Source: Candidatus Latescibacterota bacterium (GTDB lineage Bacteria > Latescibacterota > UBA2968 > UBA8231). From it: 64,000 nt of DNA. The DNA lies in NCBI GenBank assembly GCA_965204725.1, contig OZ242005.1, positions 4,832,001-4,896,000 on the forward strand, in the 5' to 3' direction. The translations under genes and the position numbers were made by a program. Below the pieces are notes generated by a model, which ran no database searches, was not told the origin of the DNA, and saw only the letters and a program-made list of their open reading frames with translations. Within the stretch, counting starts at the first letter, position 1; every line of letters starts with the position of its first letter. Below are positions 1 through 10,200 of the stretch, one piece after another.

Positions 1-963
1 AGTCAGACCCAAGCCCGGCTTTTCCGGCACCCGAATAAACCCATTGATCGGCTCTAGACGCTCGCGCACCACCTCGTCCTTGATAATTTCGCTGCTGTCG
101 ATAAAGTGAAAGGTCGCAGAGGGAAAGGCTGCCATCATCTGGCAAACCATGCTCCGGGTGATCGTGCCGCCTACATTTTGCAGCATGAACGGTATGTTGC
201 CAGCAGCAAATAGACCAGCCGCACGGATAGCCTCGCCAATTTTCTGATGACCGCGCATGTACACATCCCCCGCCCCCATTAACACTTCGTACGTAGCATT
301 TAGCGGCGCTTGATGGCGCACAATAGGCAGGGGGATGCGCCGACGCAAGTCAATCGACGCCAAAGTGTCGCCGGCATTGAGCGAATCTTCAAAGCAGCCG
401 GCAATGGGATATTGGGCCAACCTAGCCAGCAAATCCGGCATGTGGTCATTGGTGCCGCCGCCGGTAAAGTCGTAGTGGATCTTGAACCCGGGCGGGGCCA
501 CGATCTGCATGGCCTCGGTCTGGTCGAAGACGTTCTCAAAGGGCGATAGGTGGAATTTGAGCCAAGTGTAGCCTTGGGCGGCGTAGCACTCCACAGCCTC
601 GGCCATCCGGCTGGGGGCACTCGACACGGTCCAACTGCCCACCGGCACCCACGAGCGGTACTTCTGGCCGAAGAGCTTGTACACCGGCACTCCCGCGGCT
701 TGGCCCATTAAGTCGTACATGGCCGTACCTAGCCCGATGGAGACTTCGTCGCCCATCCATTCAAAGGGGTTGCTGCCTAGGTACTGGTCAATCACTTCCT
801 GCGGCTCGGTGCGACCACTCTCGCCTAGGCCCACTAGACCGGTATCGGTGTGGGCCACGTACACTGTGCGCCGAGTCACGCCTTGGTAGTGGCTAACCGG
901 ATAGGCGATCCAGTCTTGGTACTCTAGGCTGATCTCGCGTACTTCTATCTCCGTGACTTTCAC
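1..963 (-). CDS. Mandelate racemase/muconate lactonizing enzyme (enolase superfamily) protein, runs off the window start
   Basis: Not in the ORF track. Manual translation from GTG at 963 (SD GGAGA upstream) is open to base 1: MKVTEIEVREI...VAHTDTGLVGLGE...AMYDLMGQAAGVPVYKLFG...WLKFHL...GFIRVPEKPGLG, typical enolase-superfamily N- and C-terminal motifs. Confidence 0.85.
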   Translation of the reverse strand, partial: MKVTEIEVREISLEYQDWIAYPVSHYQGVTRRTVYVAHTDTGLVGLGESGRTEPQEVIDQYLGSNPFEWMGDEVSIGLGTAMYDLMGQAAGVPVYKLFGQKYRSWVPVGSWTVSSAPSRMAEAVECYAAQGYTWLKFHLSPFENVFDQTEAMQIVAPPGFKIHYDFTGGGTNDHMPDLLARLAQYPIAGCFEDSLNAGDTLASIDLRRRIPLPIVRHQAPLNATYEVLMGAGDVYMRGHQKIGEAIRAAGLFAAGNIPFMLQNVGGTITRSMVCQMMAAFPSATFHFIDSSEIIKDEVVRERLEPINGFIRVPEKPGLGLT

Positions 964-1047
964 GACATCTCCGATCATTTGGTCATCGGCGCCCGTCAGA
1001 TTACCTGCAAGGGCGGCCGCAGAGGAGGCACGTTCAAAAACCGTAGG

Positions 1048-4000
1048 TCAGTTTTTGACCGCAAAGAGGATTTTGTAGAGCACCGGCACGAACAGCAAGG
1101 TGATCACAGTGGCAAAGAGCAAGCCTACCATGATGGCCACCGCCATTGACTCCCACATCAGCCCGCCGCCCAAATAGAGGGGAACAAGCCCCAGCGTCGT
1201 CGTGCAGCTAGTCAGCAAGATGGGACGAAAACGCTGCTGGGCCGCGGCGACAATCGCTTCTATGGGCTTTTTGCCGGATTGGTCCAGTTCGATTTGTATG
1301 CGATCTAAGAGCACAATGGCATTGTTGATAACGATACCGGCCAGCGAGATCAATCCAAGAAAGGCGAAAAAACCAAAAGACGCGCGGAAGATGAGCAGTC
1401 CGGCGACGACCCCGATCAGGCCGAGGGGAATCGTGCTCAGCACAATAAAGGTCTTGCGGAATGAGTTGAACTGAACAACCAACAGCATCAAAATGATAAA
1501 GCCGGACAGAGGCAGCTTGGCGATGACCGCGCCTAGGGCCTCGCCGCTCTGCTCCGACTCGCCGCCTAGCGCGTAGCGATAGCCCTGCTTCCAAGACTTG
1601 CTGTCTTCTTGGAGCCAAGGGACGAGCGCGTTGGTGACATCCTGTGCTGTAAAACCACTTTTGGCATCGCAGGTCACGGTCAAAGTGCGGTACAGACCGC
1701 GCCGTTTGATCTTGGCGAATTGCCACTGGGGCACAATCTGCGCCACTTGTCCTAGGGGCACGTTTTGGCCCGATCCTTGGGCGTAGATGTTGATGCTCTC
1801 CAGTTGGCGCACATCGACGTTCTGACTGCTTTCGTTGCGCAGGACAATGGGGATACTCTGGTCGCCCTCGCGGAAAGCACCCGTATTGAATCCCGCCAGC
1901 CCGATCTGCAACGAAAGGGCAATGTCTTGATTGGTTAGGCCGGCATTCTGGGTCTTGGACTGGTCGATGTCAACAGCGACCTTTTTGATTTTAGGCCCCC
2001 AATCGTCGCCGATGTTCTGCGTACTAGGTAGTTCGTTGAGCTTTTGCTTGACGCGCTCGGCGAGGCCAAACAGTTCGCTGGGGTCCGGCCCGGTTATCCG
2101 CACGGCCACATCTGTGCCACCGCCGCCGCCGCCCGCCAACGTTGAAACCCGGACCTCGGCGTCTGGAAAGGAGCGGAAGCAAAAGGCGTCTAGGCGGTCA
2201 ATTACCCACTGGTTATCGTCGCCCGAACTGGTATTGATCAGCAGATGGGCATACCCCGAATTGGCTTCACCCGGCTGATACCCTTGGTCGTAGGAGGGCG
2301 GCCCTTCGCCGACAAAGGTCGCCCAGTCCGTTACGCCGCGCGGCCGGTGGGTGTTCACCAAGAGGCTATCCGCAATATGCGATTCGAGCCGTTCTACCCG
2401 AGCGGCCGTCGTCTCAATTTTGGTGCCCAAGGGCAAGTTCAGATTGATGGTCAACAGGTTGCGTTCGCTGTCGGGAAAAAAGACGAACGGCAAAAAACCA
2501 AAGCCAAAAAGCGACAAGACAAACAAACCAGCGATGATCGCCGTGAACGAATAGGGACGCTTGAGGGCCTTGAGGAGCAACCCTTTATACTGGCCATTGA
2601 GGCGGTCGATAAAGGTGCTTTGCCCAGCCTGAGATCCCTGCTGTTTCACCCGGATGAAAAACACCGCCAGCAAAGCGACCATGGTCAGGGAGAGCAACCA
2701 AGAAGAGAGCAGGGCTATGGAAATCACACTGAAAAGCGGCCCCACGATCTCGCCCATGGTGGACTTGGCTAAGAAGAAGGACAAGAAGGCGGCCGAAGTG
2801 GTCAGCGAAGAGACCAAGAGCGGTACGGCCAGTTCCCGCGTCGATTCGATGGCCGCCGCTCGGGCGTCGGTGCCCTTTTCCATCTTGACCACAATCGCTT
2901 CGGACACCACGATGGCGTTATCCACCAACATGCCCAATGCCATGATCAGCGCGGCCAGCGACACTTGGTTGAGACCGATATTGAGCAAACCCATGATGAA
3001 GAGGGTCGAGACAATGGTCATGGGAATGAGGCTAGCCACCACTAGGCCGGTGCGCAGCCCCAAAAAAAGCAGCATGGACAACAGCACCACGGCGACGCTT
3101 TGCAAAAGATTGCTGGTGAAGTTGGTGACCGATTTCGCGACCTCAAAATCTTGGGAGGCCACTCGGTTGAAGGTTATCCCCAAAGGCAACCGCGCTTGGT
3201 GGAGGGCTACGAGTTGGTCGATCTCCTTGCCCAACTTGATGATGTTGGCCCCTTTGCTGAGTGCGACCGAGAGCGACAGCCCCGGCTGACCGTTGATTTT
3301 AACTAGGTGTTGTTGAGGGGTTTGGTATGCTCGCACGATGCGGGTTATATCGCCGAGGGCCACGCTTCCGGCCTTGCCGACCTCGATCAACGTCCTCCCC
3401 AGATCTTCCAGATCGGCGTAACTGCCGGTCGGTTCGAGCACGAGGCGTTCATCCTCTAGGCTGACCTCGCCGCCGGAAAAAACGATGTTGGTACTGGCGA
3501 TGCTGTTTTTGATCTTTTGCGCCGAAAGGCCCAGTTCGGCCAGCCGAGCGTCGTTGAATTGCAGGTAGATCCGCTCCTCTTGGATGCCACTTATTTTTAC
3601 TGCGGCCGCGTCGGGTAGCTTGATCAGGTCGTCGCGCAGGTCTCGGGCGTAAGCCTTGAGCTCGGCAAAGGTGAAACCATCTCCTGTTAGGCCGATCACA
3701 ATGCCGTACACCATTCCGATCCCATCGTCCTTGACCTCCGGGCCTTGTATGCCTTCGGGCAAGTTCGAGCGGATGGTCTCGATTTTGCGGCGCAAGCGGT
3801 CCCATACGGCTTGGAGTTTGTCCGGCGGCACTTCCTGTTTGAGCGTTACCGACACTATCGACAGCCCGGTCCGCGACTCACTGGTGACGGTTTTCAGCTC
3901 GGGCAATTCTTGCGCGACTTCTTCGATCTTGCTGGTGATCAGGGCTTCGACTCGCTCGGGGCCTGCGCCGGGAAAGCGCGTTACCACCGAGGCGACGCGA

Positions 4001-4125
4001 ATGGTGTACGGGGGCATGCTGTCGCGCGGCATCGTCTGATAGCCAGCCAAGCCCAGCAGCACGACGACGAGCAAGGCCACGATGGTGACGCGATTGTTTT
4101 CTAAGACGATTTGGGTGAGGTTCAT
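1048..4125 (-). CDS. RND efflux transporter permease subunit (AcrB/AcrD/AcrF family)
   Basis: 1025 aa, two TM clusters, GMLVDNAIVV and RFRPILLTS motifs, FPGAGPERVE N-terminal motif. Confidence 0.95.
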   Translation of the reverse strand: MNLTQIVLENNRVTIVALLVVVLLGLAGYQTMPRDSMPPYTIRVASVVTRFPGAGPERVEALITSKIEEVAQELPELKTVTSESRTGLSIVSVTLKQEVPPDKLQAVWDRLRRKIETIRSNLPEGIQGPEVKDDGIGMVYGIVIGLTGDGFTFAELKAYARDLRDDLIKLPDAAAVKISGIQEERIYLQFNDARLAELGLSAQKIKNSIASTNIVFSGGEVSLEDERLVLEPTGSYADLEDLGRTLIEVGKAGSVALGDITRIVRAYQTPQQHLVKINGQPGLSLSVALSKGANIIKLGKEIDQLVALHQARLPLGITFNRVASQDFEVAKSVTNFTSNLLQSVAVVLLSMLLFLGLRTGLVVASLIPMTIVSTLFIMGLLNIGLNQVSLAALIMALGMLVDNAIVVSEAIVVKMEKGTDARAAAIESTRELAVPLLVSSLTTSAAFLSFFLAKSTMGEIVGPLFSVISIALLSSWLLSLTMVALLAVFFIRVKQQGSQAGQSTFIDRLNGQYKGLLLKALKRPYSFTAIIAGLFVLSLFGFGFLPFVFFPDSERNLLTINLNLPLGTKIETTAARVERLESHIADSLLVNTHRPRGVTDWATFVGEGPPSYDQGYQPGEANSGYAHLLINTSSGDDNQWVIDRLDAFCFRSFPDAEVRVSTLAGGGGGGTDVAVRITGPDPSELFGLAERVKQKLNELPSTQNIGDDWGPKIKKVAVDIDQSKTQNAGLTNQDIALSLQIGLAGFNTGAFREGDQSIPIVLRNESSQNVDVRQLESINIYAQGSGQNVPLGQVAQIVPQWQFAKIKRRGLYRTLTVTCDAKSGFTAQDVTNALVPWLQEDSKSWKQGYRYALGGESEQSGEALGAVIAKLPLSGFIILMLLVVQFNSFRKTFIVLSTIPLGLIGVVAGLLIFRASFGFFAFLGLISLAGIVINNAIVLLDRIQIELDQSGKKPIEAIVAAAQQRFRPILLTSCTTTLGLVPLYLGGGLMWESMAVAIMVGLLFATVITLLFVPVLYKILFAVKN

Positions 4126-4156
4126 AGTATGATTTCTGTTCGGGACCGGGCGCGTT

Positions 4157-5263
4157 TCACTCCTCCAAAAGGCGCACCTTCATCCCGTTCAAGAGCGATC
4201 TGAGGCCCGCCGTTGCGACCAACTCCCGTTCAGCAAGCCCTTCTTCCACGACAAAGCCGTCTGCCAACAGTTTGCCGATGCGGATCGGCCGTCGGCGGAC
4301 AGTGCCCAAGCCCTCGGCGACCTCGTCGATGACAAAGACATATTGGCCTTTGGCGTCTTCCCCGACTGCTTTGACCGGCACCACGAGCGGGTCCGATGGC
4401 CCATCGGTGCCAAAGCGAAATTCCACCTCGCCGGCCATCCCGGGCCGGATGGCGGGAGCGGGAGCGTTGAGCCGCACGATGACCGGGTACGTGCTGGAAG
4501 CGTCGAGTGCGTAGGATATTTCGCGGACCCGAGCCGCAAAATCCAAGCCGGGCAGGGCGGAAAAACGCACACTTACCGGCTCGCCGGTCTGGATTTGGGC
4601 GATATAGCCTTCGGGCACCCCTACCCTCATTTCAATGTCCTCACCCGCGCTCAACTCCACCAAGGGCGCACCGGCTTGGATCACTTCGTTGACCTCGTTG
4701 TGAATCGCGGTGACGATGCCGGCGACCGGGGCGTATATCTCGTTGTACCCGAGTTGGCGCTCTTGCAAATCCAAACTCTTCTGGGCCGATTCGTAACTAG
4801 ACGTGGCCGAGGCAAAGCCGTTTTTAGCCTGTTCGTATTCGGCGAGGGAGACATTGTTGGCTTGGTAGAGCTGCCGTACGCGAATGAGCCTAGACTGGGC
4901 ATTGGCCTTTTGCACGCGGGCGTTTTCTAGCGCGGCCTTGGCTCGTTGATGCGCCAAGACGGCGTCGCGGTTGTCGAGGGTGGCAATGCGCTGACCTGCT
5001 TTGACTTGATCGCCCACCTTGACGCCGATCGATTCGATGAGGCCGCCCGTTCTAAAGCTGAGTTTGGCTTCGATACCCGCTTTGGCGGTTCCGGCAAAAC
5101 GCTGGCTCTGGACAGTGCTGGCAGGATGGACTGCGGCGTATTTTACCGGGCGAATCGGTTCGGCGACCTGCGGTTCGTCGCCACAACCAACCCACAGGCC
5201 CAGCGCCAAAAGATAGCTCCCAACCGCTGCAAAATTCCGCTTTGGCATAATACCTCGCTTCAC
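4157..5263 (-). CDS. RND efflux periplasmic adaptor (membrane fusion protein)
   Basis: Lipoprotein-like N-terminus, lipoyl halves (LSFRTGGLIESIGVKVGDQVKAGQ; IYAPVAGIV), alpha-hairpin, IRPGM motif; directly upstream of the RND permease. Confidence 0.93.
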   Translation of the reverse strand: MKRGIMPKRNFAAVGSYLLALGLWVGCGDEPQVAEPIRPVKYAAVHPASTVQSQRFAGTAKAGIEAKLSFRTGGLIESIGVKVGDQVKAGQRIATLDNRDAVLAHQRAKAALENARVQKANAQSRLIRVRQLYQANNVSLAEYEQAKNGFASATSSYESAQKSLDLQERQLGYNEIYAPVAGIVTAIHNEVNEVIQAGAPLVELSAGEDIEMRVGVPEGYIAQIQTGEPVSVRFSALPGLDFAARVREISYALDASSTYPVIVRLNAPAPAIRPGMAGEVEFRFGTDGPSDPLVVPVKAVGEDAKGQYVFVIDEVAEGLGTVRRRPIRIGKLLADGFVVEEGLAERELVATAGLRSLLNGMKVRLLEE

Positions 5264-7644
5264 GGTGCATTTTTTCTTTTGGAGAAGAAGGCCGTCAAGC
5301 GCCCGACAAAGGCCTCCTGCTCCTCTGAAGTCATGAACATGGTGTACGCCCCGATGCTGTTTTCCAACTGTAGATAGCTGACCAAGTATTCATAAACGGC
5401 TCTGGCCTCGGCTTGGCGGGCAGAAAGGGCGGCGCGTTGGGCATCCACCAGTTGGGCGATTTCGAGTTGGCCTTTTTGGTAGGCTTCCTGCACTAGCTCA
5501 AAGTTCTTTTGCGCGCTGGTCGCCGCGACCTCGGCAAAGTATAGGTTGGTCCGCCTAGACACCAAGTTTGCCATCCGCACCCGGACGGCCTCGGCGAGCT
5601 GCTGGCGCAAACCCTCTTCTTGGAGGCGGAGTTGCTGCTGCTGGATCGCGGTCTGATCGATGGCGATCTTGCGCTGATTGCCCTGAAAGAGCGGGTACGT
5701 GAATTGAAGGGATAGGTTCCAAGTGGCATCAATGGGAGCGGGGGCGGGCGGCGGCATCCCCTTGCCAGCGCGCCAGAATGTGTAGTCAGCCTGCCCCCGC
5801 AAGGCCACGGTCGGCAGGTAGTACAGCCGGCGGTTCATGGCCTGCTGGCGGTTGGCTACTTTCATGTTGGCCGCTAGCTGTTTGAGCGAAGGCATGTTTT
5901 TAAGCGCCTCTTCAACGAGAAAGTCGGTCAGGATCTCTACGTCGCTGGTGCGGTCGAGCAGGCGGTCGATGCGGGTCGGGTCGAAACGACTAAAGAGATC
6001 GTCGGAAAGCCGGGCATCCTCCACCTCGAACTCCTCGCCGATATCCGCTCGGTGGAGCAAGCGGTTGAGCCGCACTTGGGCTAGGTAGAGGTTGTTGAAG
6101 GCCTCAATCGAGGCTTGGGTGGCCCGGGCCACCTCGCTCTCCCAGCGGAATACATCGGCTACGCCAGCATAGCCAACGGCATTGCGGGTGCGGGCGATCT
6201 TCAAGTTGCTGCGCGAGGCTTCGAGGTTCTCCTCCCCAATCCGCACTCCGGTCTTGGCTAGCAGGATATTGAAGTAGGCTGTCGCTAGATTCAGCACCAA
6301 GTCCAGCGCGACTAGATCGGCTTGATGGCGGGCAGCCTCCGCGAGGTAGCGCTGGATTTGGACGTTGGCCAAGACCGACTCGGAAAACACTATCTGCCGC
6401 ACAGTACCCGTACCCGCGCCGGTGCGCTCGGGCTGCTGGCCCAAGGCGCGCTCGGCGACCGCTGGGTCCCTCTGCAACAGGGTGGCTGAGGTCTCTACGG
6501 TCGGCAAGAGGGACGACTGGGCGCGGCGCACATTTTGGTCGGCCAAATCGACTTTGTGCTTTTCAATGCGGAGGTCGAGGTTGCGCTGCAAGCCCTCTGC
6601 GATGATCGCTCGTAAGCTCAAGCGGCGATCGGTAACGGGTTCGTCGGCTTTGAGTAAGCGGGCAGAAAACAGCGTTGCAAAAGAGAGGTCGAGACCGATC
6701 TGTCGGGTCGTTCTATCATTCAGGACCCATTGCTCGTCGAGGTTGCGTCGCACAGGTATCGCCGCCAGCTCCTCTCCGAGCACAACCCCTTCGACGATTA
6801 GGGCTAGGTTGCGCAAAATTTGGTCTCGGCCGTTCTCGTCGCCGATACAGGCCATCAGCCCCACATCTACATAAGACCGGCTCATGGCAAAGGAAGGCAG
6901 CTTGCGCTCGACAAGAGACTCAGCCAGCAGGGCGACCTCTTCGGGGGAACGCTCAAAGACCATCGCCAGATAGACCGCATCGACCGCGTCGCTCAGCACC
7001 GGGAGGGCCGCTTCCTCATCCCAAAAAACCACCTCTACTTGGCTCCCATACAGCGCGGCGAGGCGGTCGAAGAAGCCCGCAAAATCCAGCGTACCTCTCA
7101 GGTTTTCACTGACGATGACGGCTAGATGCGAAAAGGGGTGGATGCGGTGGAGTGCCGCCAAGTCCTCGGCGATCGGGTGGGTACTGAGAACGTACGTAAA
7201 GTTGCGTACCCCGGAGACGCCGGGCTCGACGAGGGGCATCTGCTGTAACTCCACGTCTAGCACCCCCACGGCGATCGTTGGTTTGGGCAGGTCGCCTTGG
7301 GCGGCCAGCATCGCAGCAGTGGCCGGCCCGGCGGCGAGGATCAGATCGACCTTTGGGTCATTGGCTAGGGACAGATAGTCTTGGTAGTCGGCGGAGAAAC
7401 GCAAATGCTCGGGGAGGAAATGGACCGACTTATGGACCCCTAGCACCTTGTGGATTTCCTCTTGCAAAGGGGCTAGCTCGCGCTCGGCATTAGCCGTCTC
7501 GGCCGCAAAATCGAGCAGTAGCCCGATGTAGAGGTCGCTCTTTTCGATTTGGGCGTACGTCGGCGGTACTAGGCCCATGATCAGAACGACGGATATAGCT
7601 ATAGCAGTCCTAAATGACTTGAAGCATGGAATGTTGATCGGCAC
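5260..7644 (-). CDS. TolC-family outer membrane channel with N-terminal ABC-substrate-binding-like domain
   Basis: C-terminal ~450 aa show two outer-membrane efflux protein repeats (AYFNILLA..., AYQKGQ...LVDAQ). The N-terminal ~330 aa resemble ABC_sub_bind. Overlaps the MFP start. Exact start uncertain. Confidence 0.82.
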   Translation of the reverse strand: MPINIPCFKSFRTAIAISVVLIMGLVPPTYAQIEKSDLYIGLLLDFAAETANAERELAPLQEEIHKVLGVHKSVHFLPEHLRFSADYQDYLSLANDPKVDLILAAGPATAAMLAAQGDLPKPTIAVGVLDVELQQMPLVEPGVSGVRNFTYVLSTHPIAEDLAALHRIHPFSHLAVIVSENLRGTLDFAGFFDRLAALYGSQVEVVFWDEEAALPVLSDAVDAVYLAMVFERSPEEVALLAESLVERKLPSFAMSRSYVDVGLMACIGDENGRDQILRNLALIVEGVVLGEELAAIPVRRNLDEQWVLNDRTTRQIGLDLSFATLFSARLLKADEPVTDRRLSLRAIIAEGLQRNLDLRIEKHKVDLADQNVRRAQSSLLPTVETSATLLQRDPAVAERALGQQPERTGAGTGTVRQIVFSESVLANVQIQRYLAEAARHQADLVALDLVLNLATAYFNILLAKTGVRIGEENLEASRSNLKIARTRNAVGYAGVADVFRWESEVARATQASIEAFNNLYLAQVRLNRLLHRADIGEEFEVEDARLSDDLFSRFDPTRIDRLLDRTSDVEILTDFLVEEALKNMPSLKQLAANMKVANRQQAMNRRLYYLPTVALRGQADYTFWRAGKGMPPPAPAPIDATWNLSLQFTYPLFQGNQRKIAIDQTAIQQQQLRLQEEGLRQQLAEAVRVRMANLVSRRTNLYFAEVAATSAQKNFELVQEAYQKGQLEIAQLVDAQRAALSARQAEARAVYEYLVSYLQLENSIGAYTMFMTSEEQEAFVGRLTAFFSKRKNAP

Positions 7645-7729
7645 GGTCTTTTTTACCTATGAGGCGTCATTCCCGTGAAAGAACGTCACCCCGTGCCCCG
7701 ACACGGGGCGGGAATCCAGTCTTGAAGGA
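7643..7729. repeat. REP-like palindromic element, copy 1
   Basis: GGCGTCATTCCCG...CGTCACCCCGTGCCCCGACACGGGGCGGGAATCCAGTCTTGAAGGA; near-identical copy at 53025-53111 and inverted core at 41957-41987. Confidence 0.75.
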
Positions 7730-7800
7730 TGTAGGATTGCTATATTCCCAGCATTGAGTGGTCCACTCCAAATGGTTTCGTTCGATAGCCGTTGCGCGGT

Positions 7801-8436
7801 CTATGACGTGACGGATATGGCCTGTTTCCGCCACGCTTCGTCGTTCACCTGCCCGACCAGAAAGTCCGCGAGATCAGCGCGGCTGATATGACCGACTTGG
7901 CCCCAAATGGACCGATTTGTCGGCATATTGTTGACGGAGTAATCTCCCGAGGCCGGTTCGTCTTTCAAAATGGCGGCGCGCACAATCGTCCAGTTGAGGG
8001 TGCTGGCCCTGACGACCGCTTCCTGCGCCTCGTGGTCGGCGTAGATGTTTCGCAGCAGCGTCCTGTACAGCAGGCGTGCAAACCACGAGACCTGCCCCCA
8101 GCTTTCTCCCACTCCTGCGGCGGACACCACGACGAGACGCCCGACGTGGTGTTGGGTCATGCCGTCCACGACGTTCCGCGTACCAGCGGTGAGGGTGGCC
8201 TTGTCGCGCAGGCCGTTGCTGCCCAAGGCGACAATCGCCGCGTCGTGACCGGCGACCGCTGAGGCGACCGACTCGGCGTCCGTGACGTCGCCCTGAACGA
8301 CGCGTACGCTGGAATCGCCGCGGTTAATTTTGTCCACCGAGCGTGCGAAGGCCGTGACGTCGTGCCCCTGTTCGAGTGCCTGCCGCCAGACGTGCTGCCC
8401 GGTTTTCCCCGTCGCACCAAAGACGATGATCTTCAT
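7801..8436 (-). CDS. NAD(P)H-binding protein (atypical SDR, flavin reductase/BVR-B-like)
   Basis: N-terminal GATGKTG Rossmann motif, WTIVR, ISRADLADFL. Confidence 0.9.
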   Translation of the reverse strand: MKIIVFGATGKTGQHVWRQALEQGHDVTAFARSVDKINRGDSSVRVVQGDVTDAESVASAVAGHDAAIVALGSNGLRDKATLTAGTRNVVDGMTQHHVGRLVVVSAAGVGESWGQVSWFARLLYRTLLRNIYADHEAQEAVVRASTLNWTIVRAAILKDEPASGDYSVNNMPTNRSIWGQVGHISRADLADFLVGQVNDEAWRKQAISVTS

Positions 8437-8572
8437 GGCGATTCTCCTCAGAGGCTGTCTGAAAACCTATGATGTAGTCCTCATTTGAATCGGCGTATTC
8501 ATCAAGGCTCTTATGATGAGTACGCCAAGTGGCCAATATGCTACCGACGTAACCGATGCGCAATGGCGGGAA

Positions 8573-10129
8573 CTACCGGCGGTACTGCAAATAGATTTCC
8601 ACGTGTTCGACTCGCAGCGGCACCCGCAGCCGTGCGTCGCGTACTAGCACCCGCAGCCGAACTTGGTGGACGCCTCGCCCTACCTGTGCCGCGGTCAAGC
8701 ACCAGCAAAGCCAAGCGTTTTCCGACACATCGCTCGGATCGGCCGCATCTTCAGCGGCCGCATCGCGCACCATCGGCGTCCCCAGCGCGGCCCCGTCCAA
8801 CAGTGCTTCGATCTGGTCGGCGGGCGACCAATGGGCCATTTCGATCTGCAACTCGGCGGCCGCCAACGGACCCTCGTCGGCGACGCGGACGTGGAAAATC
8901 GGGCCGCTGTCCGTGCGCGTGGGATACAGCGCTACCGGCACCTCGCCGTACAGGCGGTCATCGCGCTCGGCATCCACCCGGTTCCCGGTCTTGGGGCCGA
9001 TGCTGCGGTGCAGGGCGGTGTACACTTTGTCCAAGCCGGCCAGCGTTTTTGCCGATCCCATGGTCGTAAGCAACGGGCGGTGCGTCTGGGCATGGCCGTG
9101 CCAGTTGAACGCATGCACGCCGTCGGCCCCGCGCATTAGCTGGTCTTGCGCCAAGCCGCGGAACCAATCCACCCGCCACGATTGGTGGGGACGCAGCCGC
9201 CGCGCCTGCTGCCGTCCGTCCGAGTCCAAGCCGGCGTAGAAGCGCACGCCATGGGGACGGCACAACTCGACAAAACGCTCGACCTCGGCTCCGGGGTCGG
9301 TCCCCGAATTGCCGCCGCTGATAACCATATCGCACAATCCATCCCGCACCCAAGCCTCGACATCGTAGCCAATGCGGCCGCAGGCTTCAAAGGTCGTGGC
9401 CACCCGCACGGCCACGTGAAAGGGCCGCCCTCGCTCCTCGGCAATCCGGTCGGTCTGCGCCCGCACGGCCCGCATGAGATCGGTCAAAACATAGCGCAAG
9501 CGGTACGCGTCGTCGGCTGGCAAATGAAAGGCGTGCCGCTGCCAGTCCAATTCAACGCCGTCCCAGTCGGCCAAGCGGCAGGCCTCGACGACGCGCTGCA
9601 AGAGGTGCGTTCGCACTTCGGGGATCGCCATATTCCACGAAGTCGAAGCCCAGCCCGGTGTTTGCTCCTCGCCCAAAAGCCACTCGGGGTGTTGCTGCCG
9701 CAGCGGCGTCAACTCAGCCCGTTGCAAGCCGCCCAGATCCCCCGGGCGCAAATCCCAGAAGTGATTGTCGTTCATGCGCAGCGATGGCAGCACCGCCATG
9801 CCCAGTTCGCGCCCGCGCTGCACTAGCGCCCCGTACAGGTCGTCCCCCCGCTCGAAAAAGGCGCGGATGTTTTCGCTGTGGCGCATCGTCTGCACCGAAT
9901 CGTAGCGTCGCTCGGTTGATGCTCCCACCATGTCCAATTGCTGCGAAGGCCAAGGCACTTCGTGGACGCCTACGCACCAGCATAGCGCACCCACCTGAGT
10001 ATCGGCCAACGGCGCGTACACTTTGTCGAGGAACTGCGCCAGCGATTGGGGGTACTCGCTGTAGCCGTGGGGTGCGCCATCCCAGTTGTACATAATGCCG
10101 TAATTGGGCGCGGCCGTTCGCTCTGCCAT
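8573..10129 (-). CDS. Glycoside hydrolase family 10-like (GHL10/DUF187-like) TIM-barrel protein
   Basis: Motifs SLRMNDNH, HPEWLL, WNMAIPEVR, WDGVELDWQR, VEAWVRDGLCD. ATG at 10129 follows a GGAGGAG SD (the ORF track starts at 10162). Confidence 0.65.
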   Translation of the reverse strand: MAERTAAPNYGIMYNWDGAPHGYSEYPQSLAQFLDKVYAPLADTQVGALCWCVGVHEVPWPSQQLDMVGASTERRYDSVQTMRHSENIRAFFERGDDLYGALVQRGRELGMAVLPSLRMNDNHFWDLRPGDLGGLQRAELTPLRQQHPEWLLGEEQTPGWASTSWNMAIPEVRTHLLQRVVEACRLADWDGVELDWQRHAFHLPADDAYRLRYVLTDLMRAVRAQTDRIAEERGRPFHVAVRVATTFEACGRIGYDVEAWVRDGLCDMVISGGNSGTDPGAEVERFVELCRPHGVRFYAGLDSDGRQQARRLRPHQSWRVDWFRGLAQDQLMRGADGVHAFNWHGHAQTHRPLLTTMGSAKTLAGLDKVYTALHRSIGPKTGNRVDAERDDRLYGEVPVALYPTRTDSGPIFHVRVADEGPLAAAELQIEMAHWSPADQIEALLDGAALGTPMVRDAAAEDAADPSDVSENAWLCWCLTAAQVGRGVHQVRLRVLVRDARLRVPLRVEHVEIYLQYRR

Positions 10130-10200
10130 GGTCTCCTCCAGCGCGTTACGTTGATCCGCCAAGCTACCGGAAACCTAACAAAGAGCGGGCTATCACACTA

